From Clostridia bacterium (GTDB taxonomy: Bacteria; Bacillota; Clostridia; Oscillospirales; QAMX01): a stretch of 64,000 nt of DNA. The notes beneath the pieces were generated by a model, which had not been told where the DNA came from, did no database searches, and was given only the letters and a program-made list of their open reading frames with translations. The stretch covers positions 2,657 to 66,656 of the forward strand of contig JAFRWU010000009.1 of assembly GCA_017441705.1 (NCBI GenBank), written 5' to 3'. Positions 27,228 to 37,394 of the stretch are shown piece after piece. Every line of letters begins with the position of its first letter. Position 1 is the stretch's first letter. Position numbers and translations under genes: made by a program.

Positions 27228-28889
27228 ATGACAAAACCATTAAAAATCATTCCTCTCGGCGGCCTCAATGAAATCGGCAAGAACATGACCGCATACGAAT
27301 ACGGCGGCGATATCATCGTTGTGGACGCCGGCGTCGCCTTCCCCGACGACGAAATGTTCGGCGTGGATCTGGTGATACCGGACACGGCGTATCTCGTAAA
27401 GAACAAGAGCAAAGTCAAGGCTTTTTTCATCACCCACGGACACGAAGATCATATCGGCGCGCTCCCCTACGTCATGCGCGATTTCGACTGTCCGGTTTAC
27501 TGCACACGCCTGACGGCAGGTATCCTTGAGATTCGTCTGATCGAACACAAAATGCTTGACAAAGTCAAGCTCGTGCGCATAGACGCAGGCGATACGGTAG
27601 ACGCAAGCGCCTTCACCGTGGAGGCGATTCACGTCAATCACAGCATTGCCGACTCGGTCGCATTTGCCATCCGGTGTCCCGCGGGGCTCGTGGTACAGAC
27701 CGGAGACTATAAAATCGATCCTACTCCCATCCAGGGAGAGATTACCGATCTGACCCGGTTCGGAGAGCTTGGACGGGAAGGCATCGATCTCCTTCTGGCA
27801 GACTCCACCAACGTTGAGCGCGAGGGCTTCGCCATGTCGGAGCGCATGGTCGGAAAGACCCTGGAGGAGCTCTTCTCCGGATGCGACAAGCGCATCATCG
27901 TCTCGACGTTTGCCTCCAACATTCACCGGATCCAGCAGATCATCAACGCCGCCTGGAAAAACGGACGCAAGGTTGCGGTCACAGGCAGAAGCATGGAGAA
28001 TATCCTGAACGTGGCTTCCGGCCTCGGGTATATCTCGATCCCCTACGACACGATGATCGATCTTTCAAAAATCAAACAGTATCCGGATCACAAGATCTGC
28101 GTGATTTCCACCGGGAGCCAGGGGGAACCCATGTCGGCTCTTTACCGCATGGCTTTTTCCGGTCACCGTCAGATCACGATCTCCGAAAGCGATCTGGTTA
28201 TCCTGTCCTCTTCCGCGATTCCCGGCAATGAAAAGTCCATTTACCGGCTGATCAACGAGCTCTTCCGGAAAGGCGCGGAGGTGATTTATGAAAAGCTCGA
28301 CGCCGTCCACGTTTCCGGTCATGCCTGCAAAGAAGAGCTGAAGATGATGCTCGCCCTGACAAAGCCGAAGAATTTCATGCCGGTTCACGGAGAATTCCGT
28401 CATCTGAAAGCCCATGCGGAGCTTGCATGCGAATGCGGCGTGGATCCCGGACACGTTTTCATCAGCGACATCGGACGCGTTCTGGAGATGTATCCGGGCG
28501 GAAACTGCAAGCTGAACGGCACCGTCCCGTCCGGCAAGCTGCTGGTGGACGGCTTTGGCGTCGGCGACGTGGGAAGCGTCGTCCTGCGCGACCGGAAGCT
28601 CCTTTCCCAGGACGGATTGATCACGGTCGTCGTCACCATCAACGGCATGGACGGTTCTCTTCTGGCAGGTCCCGATATCGTATCCCGCGGTTTTGTTTAT
28701 ATGAAAGAATCCGAGGAGATCATGGACGAGATCAAGGAAACTGTTTTCGAATCCCTCGGCGACTGCCAGCGTCAGCACGTTTCCGACGCCGCCACCATCC
28801 GCAGCACGATCAGCGACGACGTCAAGGAGCTTCTTTATCACAAGACAAAACGCAGTCCCATCGTTCTGCCCGTGGTGCAGATCATCTGA
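27228..28889 (+). CDS. rnj: Ribonuclease J
   Basis: ATG 27228 follows AGGAG. KIIPLGGLNEIGKNM and the metallo-beta-lactamase motif THGHEDHIGALPY are present, with beta-CASP and C-terminal domains; 553 aa. Confidence 0.95.
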   Translation: MTKPLKIIPLGGLNEIGKNMTAYEYGGDIIVVDAGVAFPDDEMFGVDLVIPDTAYLVKNKSKVKAFFITHGHEDHIGALPYVMRDFDCPVYCTRLTAGILEIRLIEHKMLDKVKLVRIDAGDTVDASAFTVEAIHVNHSIADSVAFAIRCPAGLVVQTGDYKIDPTPIQGEITDLTRFGELGREGIDLLLADSTNVEREGFAMSERMVGKTLEELFSGCDKRIIVSTFASNIHRIQQIINAAWKNGRKVAVTGRSMENILNVASGLGYISIPYDTMIDLSKIKQYPDHKICVISTGSQGEPMSALYRMAFSGHRQITISESDLVILSSSAIPGNEKSIYRLINELFRKGAEVIYEKLDAVHVSGHACKEELKMMLALTKPKNFMPVHGEFRHLKAHAELACECGVDPGHVFISDIGRVLEMYPGGNCKLNGTVPSGKLLVDGFGVGDVGSVVLRDRKLLSQDGLITVVVTINGMDGSLLAGPDIVSRGFVYMKESEEIMDEIKETVFESLGDCQRQHVSDAATIRSTISDDVKELLYHKTKRSPIVLPVVQII

Positions 28890-28900
28890 AACGCGTGAAT

Positions 28901-28943
28901 GACGCGGCGGAAGTCCAGGAGACTTCCGCCGCGTCTTCTCTTG
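28901..28943 (+). terminator. Intrinsic terminator after rnj
   Basis: gacgcggcggaagtc (28901-28915) pairs perfectly with gacttccgccgcgtc (28921-28935) around a 5-nt loop, followed by ttctcttg. Confidence 0.8.
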
Positions 28944-28969
28944 ACTTATAAAAGCCGCTGTGTTATGCT
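28941..28969 (+). promoter_or_regulatory. Promoter, TTGACT-17 nt-TATGCT with TG extension
   Basis: TTGACT at 28941-28946 and TGtTATGCT ending at 28969, upstream of the enolase-superfamily gene. Confidence 0.5.
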
Positions 28970-29066
28970 TGAAAAAAAGATCCTCCGGGGCATTGCATTT
29001 TCAAAGCGCGATTGTGCGCTTTCGCAGGCCGGAGGCAAACGAAGCCGTCATGAAAGGAGAAGTATT

Positions 29067-30320
29067 ATGAAAATCACCGATCTGAAAGCTGCGCTGATCG
29101 GCAACAACGTGACCCTGCGTATCGTGACCGACAAAGGAATCGACGGATACGCACAGGTGGAAGAGAACAAGCCCTTCGTGATGCCGCTGACGGACTATTA
29201 CAAACCGATGATAATCGGCGCCGATCCCACCGACGTGGAATCGGTCATGCGCCGTATCCGCCGGGACGGCGCTTTCAAGCCGTGGGGAAAGATGGTCAGC
29301 ACCATTGAAATGGCGCTCTGGGATATCGCGGGAAAGGAAGCCGGCGTTCCGGTTTACAAGCTTCTCGGCGGCAAGGTGCGGGATCGCGTCCGCGTTTACT
29401 GCACTCTGTACGGCAACGACAGACTCCCCTATCCCGGCGCATTCGAGCCGGAAAAGCGCGCGGAAAACATCCTTGCGATCAACGAGATGGCGGGGTTTTC
29501 CATTGTCAAAACCGCGCTCGGGTTCCACAATCCGCGCTTTACCGCTATGGCGGAGGAAAACGGCTTTGCATATAACTCCTACCCCATTTCGCCGGCGCCG
29601 CCTGCATCCCGGCCGAATCAGCCGGCGCAGTTTCATTTTGAAAATGCGAACGGCAGCCTGCTGACCGACAAAGGATTGAATTTCCTGATTGAGTACGTGG
29701 CAAAAGTGAAAGAGATCGTCGGCGACAAAGTCGGCATCGCGTTTGACTGCGGCCCCGGCTTTATGCCTGTGGACGCGCTGAAATTTGCGAAAGGCGTTGA
29801 ACCGTATAACGTCATGTGGCTGGAGGACCTGATTACCGGGGACTATACGCCTTACCAGTTGGCGCAGTGTTACCGTGATCTGACCAGCAATACGATCACC
29901 AATATCCATACCGGCGAACAGGTTTACCTGCGTCAGAACTACAAGGAGATCATCGAGACGCAGGCGGTCAACGTCCTCGGTCCGGATCCCGCCGACGTGG
30001 GCGGTATCGCCGAGCTGAAATGGATCGCCGAATATGCCAATCTCCACGGCATCCTGATCGCTCCCCACGGCGTATTCAACGGCGTCTTCGGCATGGCCGC
30101 GCACGTGCAGCTGGCCTCTACCCTGCCGCAGAATTATATCGCATTCGAATTCCCGGAAGCGCATCCCGCCTGGTGGTCCGATATCGTGGAGGGTCTGCCG
30201 GACAATTTCCTGCAGGACGGACATATCAAGGTCTGGGACAAACCGGGCATCGGAGTGGAATTCAATATTCCAAAGGCGGAAAAATACCTGCGTCCCGAAG
30301 ACAGGGATTTCTTCCTCTGA
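29067..30320 (+). CDS. Enolase-superfamily enzyme (mandelate racemase / acid-sugar dehydratase-like)
   Basis: ATG 29067 follows AAAGGAGA. EMALWDIAGKEAGVPVYKLLGG is present. The candidate metal ligands are IAFDCG, WLEDL and HTGEQ. The substrate is unknown. Confidence 0.8.
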   Translation: MKITDLKAALIGNNVTLRIVTDKGIDGYAQVEENKPFVMPLTDYYKPMIIGADPTDVESVMRRIRRDGAFKPWGKMVSTIEMALWDIAGKEAGVPVYKLLGGKVRDRVRVYCTLYGNDRLPYPGAFEPEKRAENILAINEMAGFSIVKTALGFHNPRFTAMAEENGFAYNSYPISPAPPASRPNQPAQFHFENANGSLLTDKGLNFLIEYVAKVKEIVGDKVGIAFDCGPGFMPVDALKFAKGVEPYNVMWLEDLITGDYTPYQLAQCYRDLTSNTITNIHTGEQVYLRQNYKEIIETQAVNVLGPDPADVGGIAELKWIAEYANLHGILIAPHGVFNGVFGMAAHVQLASTLPQNYIAFEFPEAHPAWWSDIVEGLPDNFLQDGHIKVWDKPGIGVEFNIPKAEKYLRPEDRDFFL

Positions 30321-30339
30321 GACAGGAAAAACACACGGC

Positions 30340-30385
30340 ACCGCCGGGAGAAGGCACGCGGCCTTTCCCCCGGCGGTTTGCTGTT
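30340..30385 (+). terminator. Intrinsic terminator
   Basis: accgccggg (30340-30348) pairs with cccggcggt (30369-30377), followed by ttgctgtttgtatt. Confidence 0.65.
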
Positions 30386-30390
30386 TGTAT

Positions 30391-32226
30391 TCAGAACCCG
30401 AATACCTTCCGCCCGTCCCGGTCGATCGCTTCGCAACCGACGGCCGGGATGCCCTCGAAGGTCTCTCCGCCGAAGTTTACCGTGACGGAGATTCTGTTCT
30501 CAAACGTCGTGCGCTGGACAAGCCCGGCGCCGTCCGGGCATTCGTAACGTATCATGGGAGAAAAGGCGGCGAGCCTCGCAGTCCCCGTGGCGCGCCGGTA
30601 GGACGCGGCGATCTCTCCTTTCATCGCGTCCCACTGCGTCATGTTCAGAGAATAGAGCGGAGGAACGGCGTAAAGGGCGTTGAATCCGTCCCGGAGCTTC
30701 ATCAATTCCGGACAGCAGTTGCTGCTGTCGCCCCAGTACCAGTAGTTGACGGTGCAGTCGTGGTAGATCATCTGCCACAGTGGGATCCGGACCAGAGGAT
30801 TCAGATCGTACTTCAGGATGTTCTCCGGGATCCCGTCTCCGTAATACAGCGTGTTCATCCTCCTGCCTGCGTCGGGGGCGCGGAAAAAGGGCGGGCTCAT
30901 CATACCCTCTGAATATACGTAAGATCCGACGCCGCTCTCGCAGCCGACCTCCACACCCGAGACGAGCCCGAGATCCGCGATATACCGGTGCAGGAGATTC
31001 TTGTACCGCATACTGGTCCGGCGGTCGCACGGATGGAGCGGAGAGAAGCATTCGGCGTGTGCGCTTCCCATGCTGACGTCCACGAACCACGCGTTGTAGG
31101 GCGCTTCTTTCAGAAACGCCGGAAGATCCTCCGTGATCATACGCGCGGCCGATACGTCGCAGACGGCGTGCTGGTCATGGAGCTTTCCGTCCGTACCGTG
31201 GAGCTGCCAGGCCCGGACGTACTCCCCGTTCTCGTTCAGCCGGACGTCCGCGGGCCAGCAGGATGCGGTATGTCGGGATCTTCCGACGCGGTATGGAAGC
31301 ATATACGGGACGGCCGGCTGCGGGATCACGTCCCGGTAGATGTCGTAACGGCCGACCAGCATCCCTGCCGAACGCAGGTATTCGACGTCCTCGCGCGGCT
31401 CCCCTTCGAAGGAATGAAACAGGATCCTGTCCATCCCGAGCGCAGCCATTTCCCGCGCCGCACGCCGGACGTCCCGCGGGGTGACGTCTCCGATCTCGGG
31501 ACGCCCGTAGAGCCGGTTCATGGTGTTGTCGTCGAAGAGCCATACGTCGGCCCGTCCGGCCATGGACAGGACTGCGGGGACCCGTTCCGCCTTTTCAAGA
31601 AGCGTCAAGGCGCCTCCCTCTTTCCTCCTCCACGCGCGATAGGCACCGCAGAGGGCGTTGAAGGCGTCGTCGCGAGCGGCGAATAAAACGATCTTCCTCT
31701 CATAGCCCCAACGGCCTTTCGCGCCGTAAAACACGATCTCGTTTTCGACCAGACCGTCCTTCACGGACCAGCGCATGCCCGCATCGGCCGTCTCCCCGAT
31801 ACCGATCAGAATCCCGCCCTGTCCGCGCAGGAGACCCAGAAGCCCCATGGAAAGCTGGGAACCGCAGTAGAAGGCGGTCTCAGAAGGAAGCGGAGGCTCC
31901 TTTTCTGCGCTCCACCGGATGCCGTCCCCATGCGGATACAGATATATGTCCCCGTTTTCCGGCAGGAATCCCCCCGGGAAAGAGACCGCCTCCAGGGGAC
32001 CATCTCCCCTGAGGGTCAGGGAGAACGCGCTGTCTCCGAAGCATTCCGTCTCCACGAGGAACTTTTCCCGGCCGGTGTCAAAGCGAAAGCGGATATACCT
32101 GTCTTTTTCGCAGAGGTCTTCCGTGATCCCGGCGACAGGGCGCGTGCGGTATGCGGCTTTTCCGTCCGTCAGGAGGAAGGAACCGCTTTCTGCGCGGTAT
32201 TCCAGGGTCCAGGCTCCGTTTCTCAT
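30391..32226 (-). CDS. Hypothetical 611-aa protein, possibly a TIM-barrel glycoside-hydrolase-like enzyme
   Basis: Intact ORF with GAAGGAG upstream and no signal peptide. The N-terminal region looks like a beta-sandwich. The later segments WFVDVSMGSAHAE, SGVEVGCESG and PLWQMIYHDC are reminiscent of glycosidase barrels. The family was not recognised. Confidence 0.45.
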   Translation of the reverse strand: MRNGAWTLEYRAESGSFLLTDGKAAYRTRPVAGITEDLCEKDRYIRFRFDTGREKFLVETECFGDSAFSLTLRGDGPLEAVSFPGGFLPENGDIYLYPHGDGIRWSAEKEPPLPSETAFYCGSQLSMGLLGLLRGQGGILIGIGETADAGMRWSVKDGLVENEIVFYGAKGRWGYERKIVLFAARDDAFNALCGAYRAWRRKEGGALTLLEKAERVPAVLSMAGRADVWLFDDNTMNRLYGRPEIGDVTPRDVRRAAREMAALGMDRILFHSFEGEPREDVEYLRSAGMLVGRYDIYRDVIPQPAVPYMLPYRVGRSRHTASCWPADVRLNENGEYVRAWQLHGTDGKLHDQHAVCDVSAARMITEDLPAFLKEAPYNAWFVDVSMGSAHAECFSPLHPCDRRTSMRYKNLLHRYIADLGLVSGVEVGCESGVGSYVYSEGMMSPPFFRAPDAGRRMNTLYYGDGIPENILKYDLNPLVRIPLWQMIYHDCTVNYWYWGDSSNCCPELMKLRDGFNALYAVPPLYSLNMTQWDAMKGEIAASYRRATGTARLAAFSPMIRYECPDGAGLVQRTTFENRISVTVNFGGETFEGIPAVGCEAIDRDGRKVFGF

Positions 32227-32307
32227 ACGATCCTACGCTCCTTCGCTGATAGATGACAGAACAGACGGAGAGAGACAGGACGAGGCCTGTCTCTCAGATA
32301 TCTACGT

Positions 32308-33579
32308 TCAGTCGGACGTGATGAATCTCTTCCACCTGCGCATGGCCAGAAGAAGCATCAGAATCCCGATCCCGTCGATCAGGACCCACGCGAGCATCAG
32401 GGCTTTCCAGTCAAACGCTTCCACGATCAGCGCAAATCCGTATGTGGACGCAGCGCTTCCTACATATGTAAACATATTCAGTACGCCGGACACAGTAGAA
32501 ATGCGTCCGTACCGGCCGAATCGTCCCGGCACGTCGCATATCAGCATCAGGTTTACGCCGTGGATTGCCGATACCGCGATCCCGGCCAGGGCTACCGTCA
32601 GGATCACGTTGACGTCGCCGAAGAGCCAGAGAATAACAGAAGCCGTAAAGGAAACGGCAAAGAGGAACATCGCGCAGTTGACCTCGTTCCGGAAGAAACG
32701 GTGGTTGACCGCTTCGCTGACTTTGAGGGAGATCACCGTCAGGATCGGCAGAAGCACCGTGATCAGAATGGAGTCGGCATTCTCGATCCTGAATACTTCG
32801 GCCAGCATCCGCGGCGTCCATGTCGTTACGCCGTCCCGGATGGTCCCCTGCATGAGGATCGCCGCCATGATCGGGAATATTCCGGTAACGGCGAAGACTC
32901 TTGTCAGCGGAAGCGACGCGTCTTTCGGCGCTGCGTTCAAGGGAGCGGTCTCTGCGGCAGCTTCCTCCGCGGGTCGTTCTTCTTTCCTGATGCCCTTCCA
33001 GATCAGATGCCGCGGTACGTACAGGATCCAGAAAACCGCTACGAGGATGCCGAAGCTGCCGTCTGCAAAGAAAAGCAGCCTCCATCCGGAAATCCGGATA
33101 CAAAGCGGCGCGAGAAGATATACGCCGATGGTCGCGGCGGCGCAGGCCAAAGAAATGTTCACCACGGCCTTCCGGTATTCGTCGCGGTCGAAGTTTTCCG
33201 CCATCAGCCGCACCAGAGGAGGCCAAAGCATTGCCTGAGCAAATCCGTTGATCCCCCAAAGGACGGTCATCGCGACGTTTCCCGGAGCGAAAGGCATCAG
33301 AATATTGATCAGAGCCGTGAGAGAGAGTCCGAAGAAGATCAGGCGGTACGGTTTGATCTTGTCTCCGAGAATGCCGCTGACGATCTGCCCGACGGCGTAG
33401 GCGATGAAGAGAGCCGTACTGACGAGACCGGCGTCGGACTTGGTGATGTGTTCGGCGGAGACGATCTCGCTGAGAGCGGCGCCGTAATCATAACGCATCA
33501 GATAACTGGAAAAGTATGCCAGCGCACACAGAAAAAACAACCGATTGGCTTTCGGGTCTTTCCCGATACGGAACAGCAT
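32308..33579 (-). CDS. MFS transporter, organophosphate:Pi antiporter (GlpT/UhpC-like) family
   Basis: 423 aa with about 12 transmembrane segments. INGFAQAMLWPPLVRLM parallels the LNGWFQGMGWPP segment of GlpT/UhpT. GAGGTG lies upstream. Confidence 0.75.
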   Translation of the reverse strand: MLFRIGKDPKANRLFFLCALAYFSSYLMRYDYGAALSEIVSAEHITKSDAGLVSTALFIAYAVGQIVSGILGDKIKPYRLIFFGLSLTALINILMPFAPGNVAMTVLWGINGFAQAMLWPPLVRLMAENFDRDEYRKAVVNISLACAAATIGVYLLAPLCIRISGWRLLFFADGSFGILVAVFWILYVPRHLIWKGIRKEERPAEEAAAETAPLNAAPKDASLPLTRVFAVTGIFPIMAAILMQGTIRDGVTTWTPRMLAEVFRIENADSILITVLLPILTVISLKVSEAVNHRFFRNEVNCAMFLFAVSFTASVILWLFGDVNVILTVALAGIAVSAIHGVNLMLICDVPGRFGRYGRISTVSGVLNMFTYVGSAASTYGFALIVEAFDWKALMLAWVLIDGIGILMLLLAMRRWKRFITSD

Positions 33580-33583
33580 GCGA

Positions 33584-34291
33584 TTACACCTCGATTGTCA
33601 GGAAGGAATTCTCGTACCCTTCGCACATGGCGCGGAGCGTCACGAAGGGAATGCCGCCGATCTCGTTTTCACCGCCGTGATGATAATGCCCCTGAAAAAC
33701 GCCTTTGACCTTTCCGGAATCGACAAGGATCCGGCAGACGTCTTCGGCGTTTTCCACGACGTGATGCTGTTCCATATTGTAATCGATCAGCTGGTGGGAA
33801 AAAACGTAGGTCTTGTCCCCTGCGCTCTCCAGTTCTTTCTTCAGCCATTCCGTCTGAGTCTGCGGGATCATCGTATCGGTCCAGTCGCCGGGCCGGCCGT
33901 CGTAGGCTTGTCCGTTTTTGAAGTAGTTGGCGTCAAGAAGGATCACGTCCACGTCTCCGTACCGCCTGTGGAGCGGCGCAAGAGGCATATTCAAAAGAAC
34001 GCCGAAACGGTATCTGTCCAGCGCGAAAAGATCGTGATTGCCGGGGATGACAAGCGTTTCGATCCCGGACGAGGACAGCAGCACCGCAATATGGGAAAGG
34101 TTGTCTCTGTCCTGCGGCGCCGATCCCTCGGAATCGATCAGGTCTCCCAGGCAGATCACCAGATCGACCTTCTCTTCCCGGAAACAGCGAAGCGCCTCGC
34201 CGATCTTTTCATAAGAAAGGCGCGGACGCCTGGTGGCTCCGGAAAGCTCGCGGCGGCTGTAATGCGGATCCGAAAATAGCCCGATCTTCAT
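33584..34291 (-). CDS. Calcineurin-like metallophosphoesterase
   Basis: The motifs SDPHY, CLGDLID, PGNHD and GHYHH are present. The stop lies 4 nt before the MFS start, and the start lies 1 nt after the flippase stop. Confidence 0.85.
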   Translation of the reverse strand: MKIGLFSDPHYSRRELSGATRRPRLSYEKIGEALRCFREEKVDLVICLGDLIDSEGSAPQDRDNLSHIAVLLSSSGIETLVIPGNHDLFALDRYRFGVLLNMPLAPLHRRYGDVDVILLDANYFKNGQAYDGRPGDWTDTMIPQTQTEWLKKELESAGDKTYVFSHQLIDYNMEQHHVVENAEDVCRILVDSGKVKGVFQGHYHHGGENEIGGIPFVTLRAMCEGYENSFLTIEV

Positions 34292-34292
34292 A

Positions 34293-35741
34293 TTATCTGC
34301 TTCCTTTTCTTCTGGCGGCGAGCATGCGTTTGCCGGCGCCCCAGAACTGTGATGTGATCCGGATCACTTCCGGTGAATTGAACGCGATCAAAAGAATGAA
34401 TTCAACCGTTCCGAGAATGTAAAAGTTCCCCCGATAGTACAGAAGCGTCAAGGCCTCCGCCAGCACCAAAAGGGTGTTGACAAGAACTTTGCCGGATGAA
34501 TCGCGGAAACGGTAAAGCCGCGAAATATCCACCGCACGGGTGACGTAAACGATCAGGTAACTGAAAAACGTGGCGACGGCGGCTCCCTGGATCCCGACGC
34601 GCGGGATCAGAAAGAGGTTCATGCCCACGTTGGAAACCGCTCCGAGCATGGTCGTCAGCATGGAACGCACGTTCTTTTTCATTGCCATATAGATGGAGGA
34701 ATAGAAACCGGCGAAGCATGAAAAGACGATGGAAAGCACCAGGAAAGGAACATATTCCCACGCTGAATAATAGGCGTCGTCCAGCCAGATAGAAATAACG
34801 GGCTTGGTAAGGTAGATCAAAAAGCCGCCGGACAGGAAGACGACCGTCTGATAAACGGAAAACACCTTTCCGTAGAAGCGGCTGTCGTTGCGGTCGTATT
34901 CCGTGATGGCCGACATCTGCCATGCCTGGGAAAAGATGCCGGCGATGGTATTGATCAGATTGGGAAGCTTAGCCGCCGCAGAATAGATGCCGTTGGCCGA
35001 GGAACCGATCATGCCGGTGATCATGAAGCGATCGGAAAGATTCGTCACCCACCAGAAAAGCGAATTGGGGATCATCGGCAGTGAGAATACGATCATCTTG
35101 CGGTAGGTGCCCTTTGCCACTCCCCCGAAGCGGATATATCTCCGGAGTCCGGCCGTGAAGAACAGGAATACCGTTGAGAGCGCGTCGGCGACAATAGTGG
35201 AAAGGATATAACCCACCACGCCCCATTTGAACACCAGAAGGAAAAGAAGGTTGCATCCCACCATGCAGGCGGTATTGAAAATGCCGTCGACGGCGTACAG
35301 CTTTACCTGACCCTTTGCACGGACGAAGCATCCGCAGAGCGAATTCATCGACGACGCGAAAACGTAAAAATAGAGAAGCAGAATATGATCGCCCAGCGGC
35401 TGGAATCTTCCCGTGAAGACCAGGTATTTCAATAGGGGGAAAAGCGTGATGAACACGCCGAACCCCGCAAGATTCACAGTCATGGCGACGGTGAAGACGT
35501 CGCTTTTCTTTGTGGCCCGATCGAGTCCGTATCGCAGGATCCCGTGATACATGCTTACGGTCACGATCGGCAGGATCATATTTGCGGTGTCAGCAAGCAG
35601 AGTAGCCACCCCGTATTCCGAGGTGGCAAGGACGCCGGTGTACAGAGGCACCAGCAGAAACATCATCATCTTGGAGCCGAAGGAGCCGATGGCGAAGATC
35701 ACGGTGTTGGATATTAAGTTTTTATATTTGTTTTTCGCCAC
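34293..35741 (-). CDS. MOP-superfamily flippase (Wzx/MurJ/SpoVB-like polysaccharide biosynthesis protein)
   Basis: About 14 transmembrane segments. The N-terminus NLISNTVIFAIGSFGSKMMMFLLVPLYT is typical. I prefer GTG 35741 behind AGGAGG over the ORF-track start at 35756, but the start is uncertain by 15 nt. Confidence 0.8.
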   Translation of the reverse strand: MAKNKYKNLISNTVIFAIGSFGSKMMMFLLVPLYTGVLATSEYGVATLLADTANMILPIVTVSMYHGILRYGLDRATKKSDVFTVAMTVNLAGFGVFITLFPLLKYLVFTGRFQPLGDHILLLYFYVFASSMNSLCGCFVRAKGQVKLYAVDGIFNTACMVGCNLLFLLVFKWGVVGYILSTIVADALSTVFLFFTAGLRRYIRFGGVAKGTYRKMIVFSLPMIPNSLFWWVTNLSDRFMITGMIGSSANGIYSAAAKLPNLINTIAGIFSQAWQMSAITEYDRNDSRFYGKVFSVYQTVVFLSGGFLIYLTKPVISIWLDDAYYSAWEYVPFLVLSIVFSCFAGFYSSIYMAMKKNVRSMLTTMLGAVSNVGMNLFLIPRVGIQGAAVATFFSYLIVYVTRAVDISRLYRFRDSSGKVLVNTLLVLAEALTLLYYRGNFYILGTVEFILLIAFNSPEVIRITSQFWGAGKRMLAARRKGSR

Positions 35742-35795
35742 CGTTTCCTCCTGCACGCAAAGGATTTCCGGATCCCGTCCCCGGATCGCGAACGA

Positions 35796-37394
35796 TCAGC
35801 GATACCGTTTTCCGTAGACCGTCTTTTTGTGTCTCCGGCGCGATGCGATCGAAATATAGACCAGATAAAACACGAAGAGCAAGGGAATCAGAACGAGTAT
35901 CAGGATAAAGGTCTTGCTCTTGAAAAAGCTTTCGGTCTTGATGGTAACGTCCATGAATTCGGAAAGCTCTGCGCCTGTCGCCGTGACAAGCCCGACCTTT
36001 CCGCAGTCGATGCCGTCGTATTTCACCGAGGCTTCCGCAACCTGTTCTCCCTTATAGACGGGAGCCGTGAGCCGGGTGACGGTTTCCGGAGGCGTCACTT
36101 CCAGAAGCGACTCGTCATAGCTTCCTTTGGGGATCAGGATGCTGACGTCCCGGTCGGTTTCCAGAACGAGCGAATCCTTGTCGGCCGAAAGCGATACGTA
36201 GGCTTCGGTGACTGCCGTCCCCTTTTTCAGGATGTTTTTCAGCTCGTACGTCTTGAAGCCCCATTCGTAAAGAGCCTTGGTATCCACAAAGGAGGTGACT
36301 ACGTTTCCTTCCAGGACCGGACTTTTCATCACCACGCAGATCAGGTACATGCCGTCCTTCTGGGCGGTAGAGATCAGACAATGCTTTGCCGCGGAGGTAT
36401 AGCCGGTTTTGATGCCGCGTGCGTATTCGTAGATATAATTGCTTTTGGTGCGGGTGGAAATCAGATGGTTGGTCGTATTCAGGACCCTCTCGCCGTGTTT
36501 GTTGGTGGCAGGAAGGGTGATGCTCGTGGTATTGGCGATCTCCATCAATTCGTCGTGCTTGGCAAATTCGTAGGCGATGCAGTAGAGATCGTGCGCCGAG
36601 GTATAGTGCTTTTCGTTTGTCAGACCGTGCGGGTTGGTAAAGTGCGTTTCGGTGCAGCCGAGCTCCGCGGCTCTTTCGTTCATCATGGTGACGAAGGCTT
36701 CGACGCTGCCGGCCACGTATTCCCCGAGGACGCATGCGGCCTCGTTCGCAGAGGGAAGAAGCAGGCAGTAAAGAAGCTGGCGAACGGTCATCTCCTCACC
36801 GGGTTCTATCCCTGCGGTGGAACCGCCTGAAACGAGCGTGTTGTGATATACCGCTGACGCTTTGGCGGTGACCAGATCGTCGAGATTCCCCTTTTCATAG
36901 GTCAAAAGCGCCGTCATGACCTTCGTGGTGCTGGCGGGATAGAGCTTTTGATGGGAATTCTTCTCAAAGATCACCTGCCCCGTCGTCGCTTCGACCACGA
37001 TGGCTCCCTGCGTATGAAGCTCAGGGGCGGTTTTCCTTGAATTGGCAAGGAGATCCTCGTTGTAGATCGGTGAATTTTCAGTTTTTTCTTCGGCAGGTCC
37101 GGATTCGCTGTCGGCTTCACCGGAGCTTTCGGAAGCGGTTTCGGTATCCGCCGTCGTCTGCTCGGGCGACGTTTCGGATTCCGGCTTCGCGCTTTCGCTT
37201 TCCCGTTCGCCCTCCGGCGCCGTATCCTTTTCGGTCTGCGATTCGGATTGCGATTCCGTCTCAGATTCTTCCGGCGTCCCGAGATTTTCGGTATCCGCCA
37301 TGATCGGAAGCGCGTATGCCGGAATCGGCGCCAGGAACAAAAGCACGCCCAGGATCAGCGCCAGACCCCGGTAAAGCCGTTTATGATTTGTCAT
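35796..37394 (-). CDS. D-alanyl-D-alanine carboxypeptidase (PBP5-type serine peptidase S11)
   Basis: Trimmed to ATG 37394 (MTNHKRLYRG, signal peptide) behind GAGGAGA. The active-site motifs are ASTTK, SANE and KTGYT. An acidic S/E/T-rich linker and a C-terminal transmembrane anchor are also present. Confidence 0.9.
   Translation of the reverse strand: MTNHKRLYRGLALILGVLLFLAPIPAYALPIMADTENLGTPEESETESQSESQTEKDTAPEGERESESAKPESETSPEQTTADTETASESSGEADSESGPAEEKTENSPIYNEDLLANSRKTAPELHTQGAIVVEATTGQVIFEKNSHQKLYPASTTKVMTALLTYEKGNLDDLVTAKASAVYHNTLVSGGSTAGIEPGEEMTVRQLLYCLLLPSANEAACVLGEYVAGSVEAFVTMMNERAAELGCTETHFTNPHGLTNEKHYTSAHDLYCIAYEFAKHDELMEIANTTSITLPATNKHGERVLNTTNHLISTRTKSNYIYEYARGIKTGYTSAAKHCLISTAQKDGMYLICVVMKSPVLEGNVVTSFVDTKALYEWGFKTYELKNILKKGTAVTEAYVSLSADKDSLVLETDRDVSILIPKGSYDESLLEVTPPETVTRLTAPVYKGEQVAEASVKYDGIDCGKVGLVTATGAELSEFMDVTIKTESFFKSKTFILILVLIPLLFVFYLVYISIASRRRHKKTVYGKRYR

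Noticed and set aside
37080-37300. Repetitive-looking DNA (ttcgg/ttcgc periodicity). A similar case is the P/A/E-coding repeats at about 52480-52800.
   Set aside because: These encode low-complexity linkers: an S/E/T-rich linker after the signal peptide of the carboxypeptidase, and the P/A/E-rich tail of DivIVA. They are in frame within intact ORFs and are not CRISPR, satellite or mobile-element repeats.
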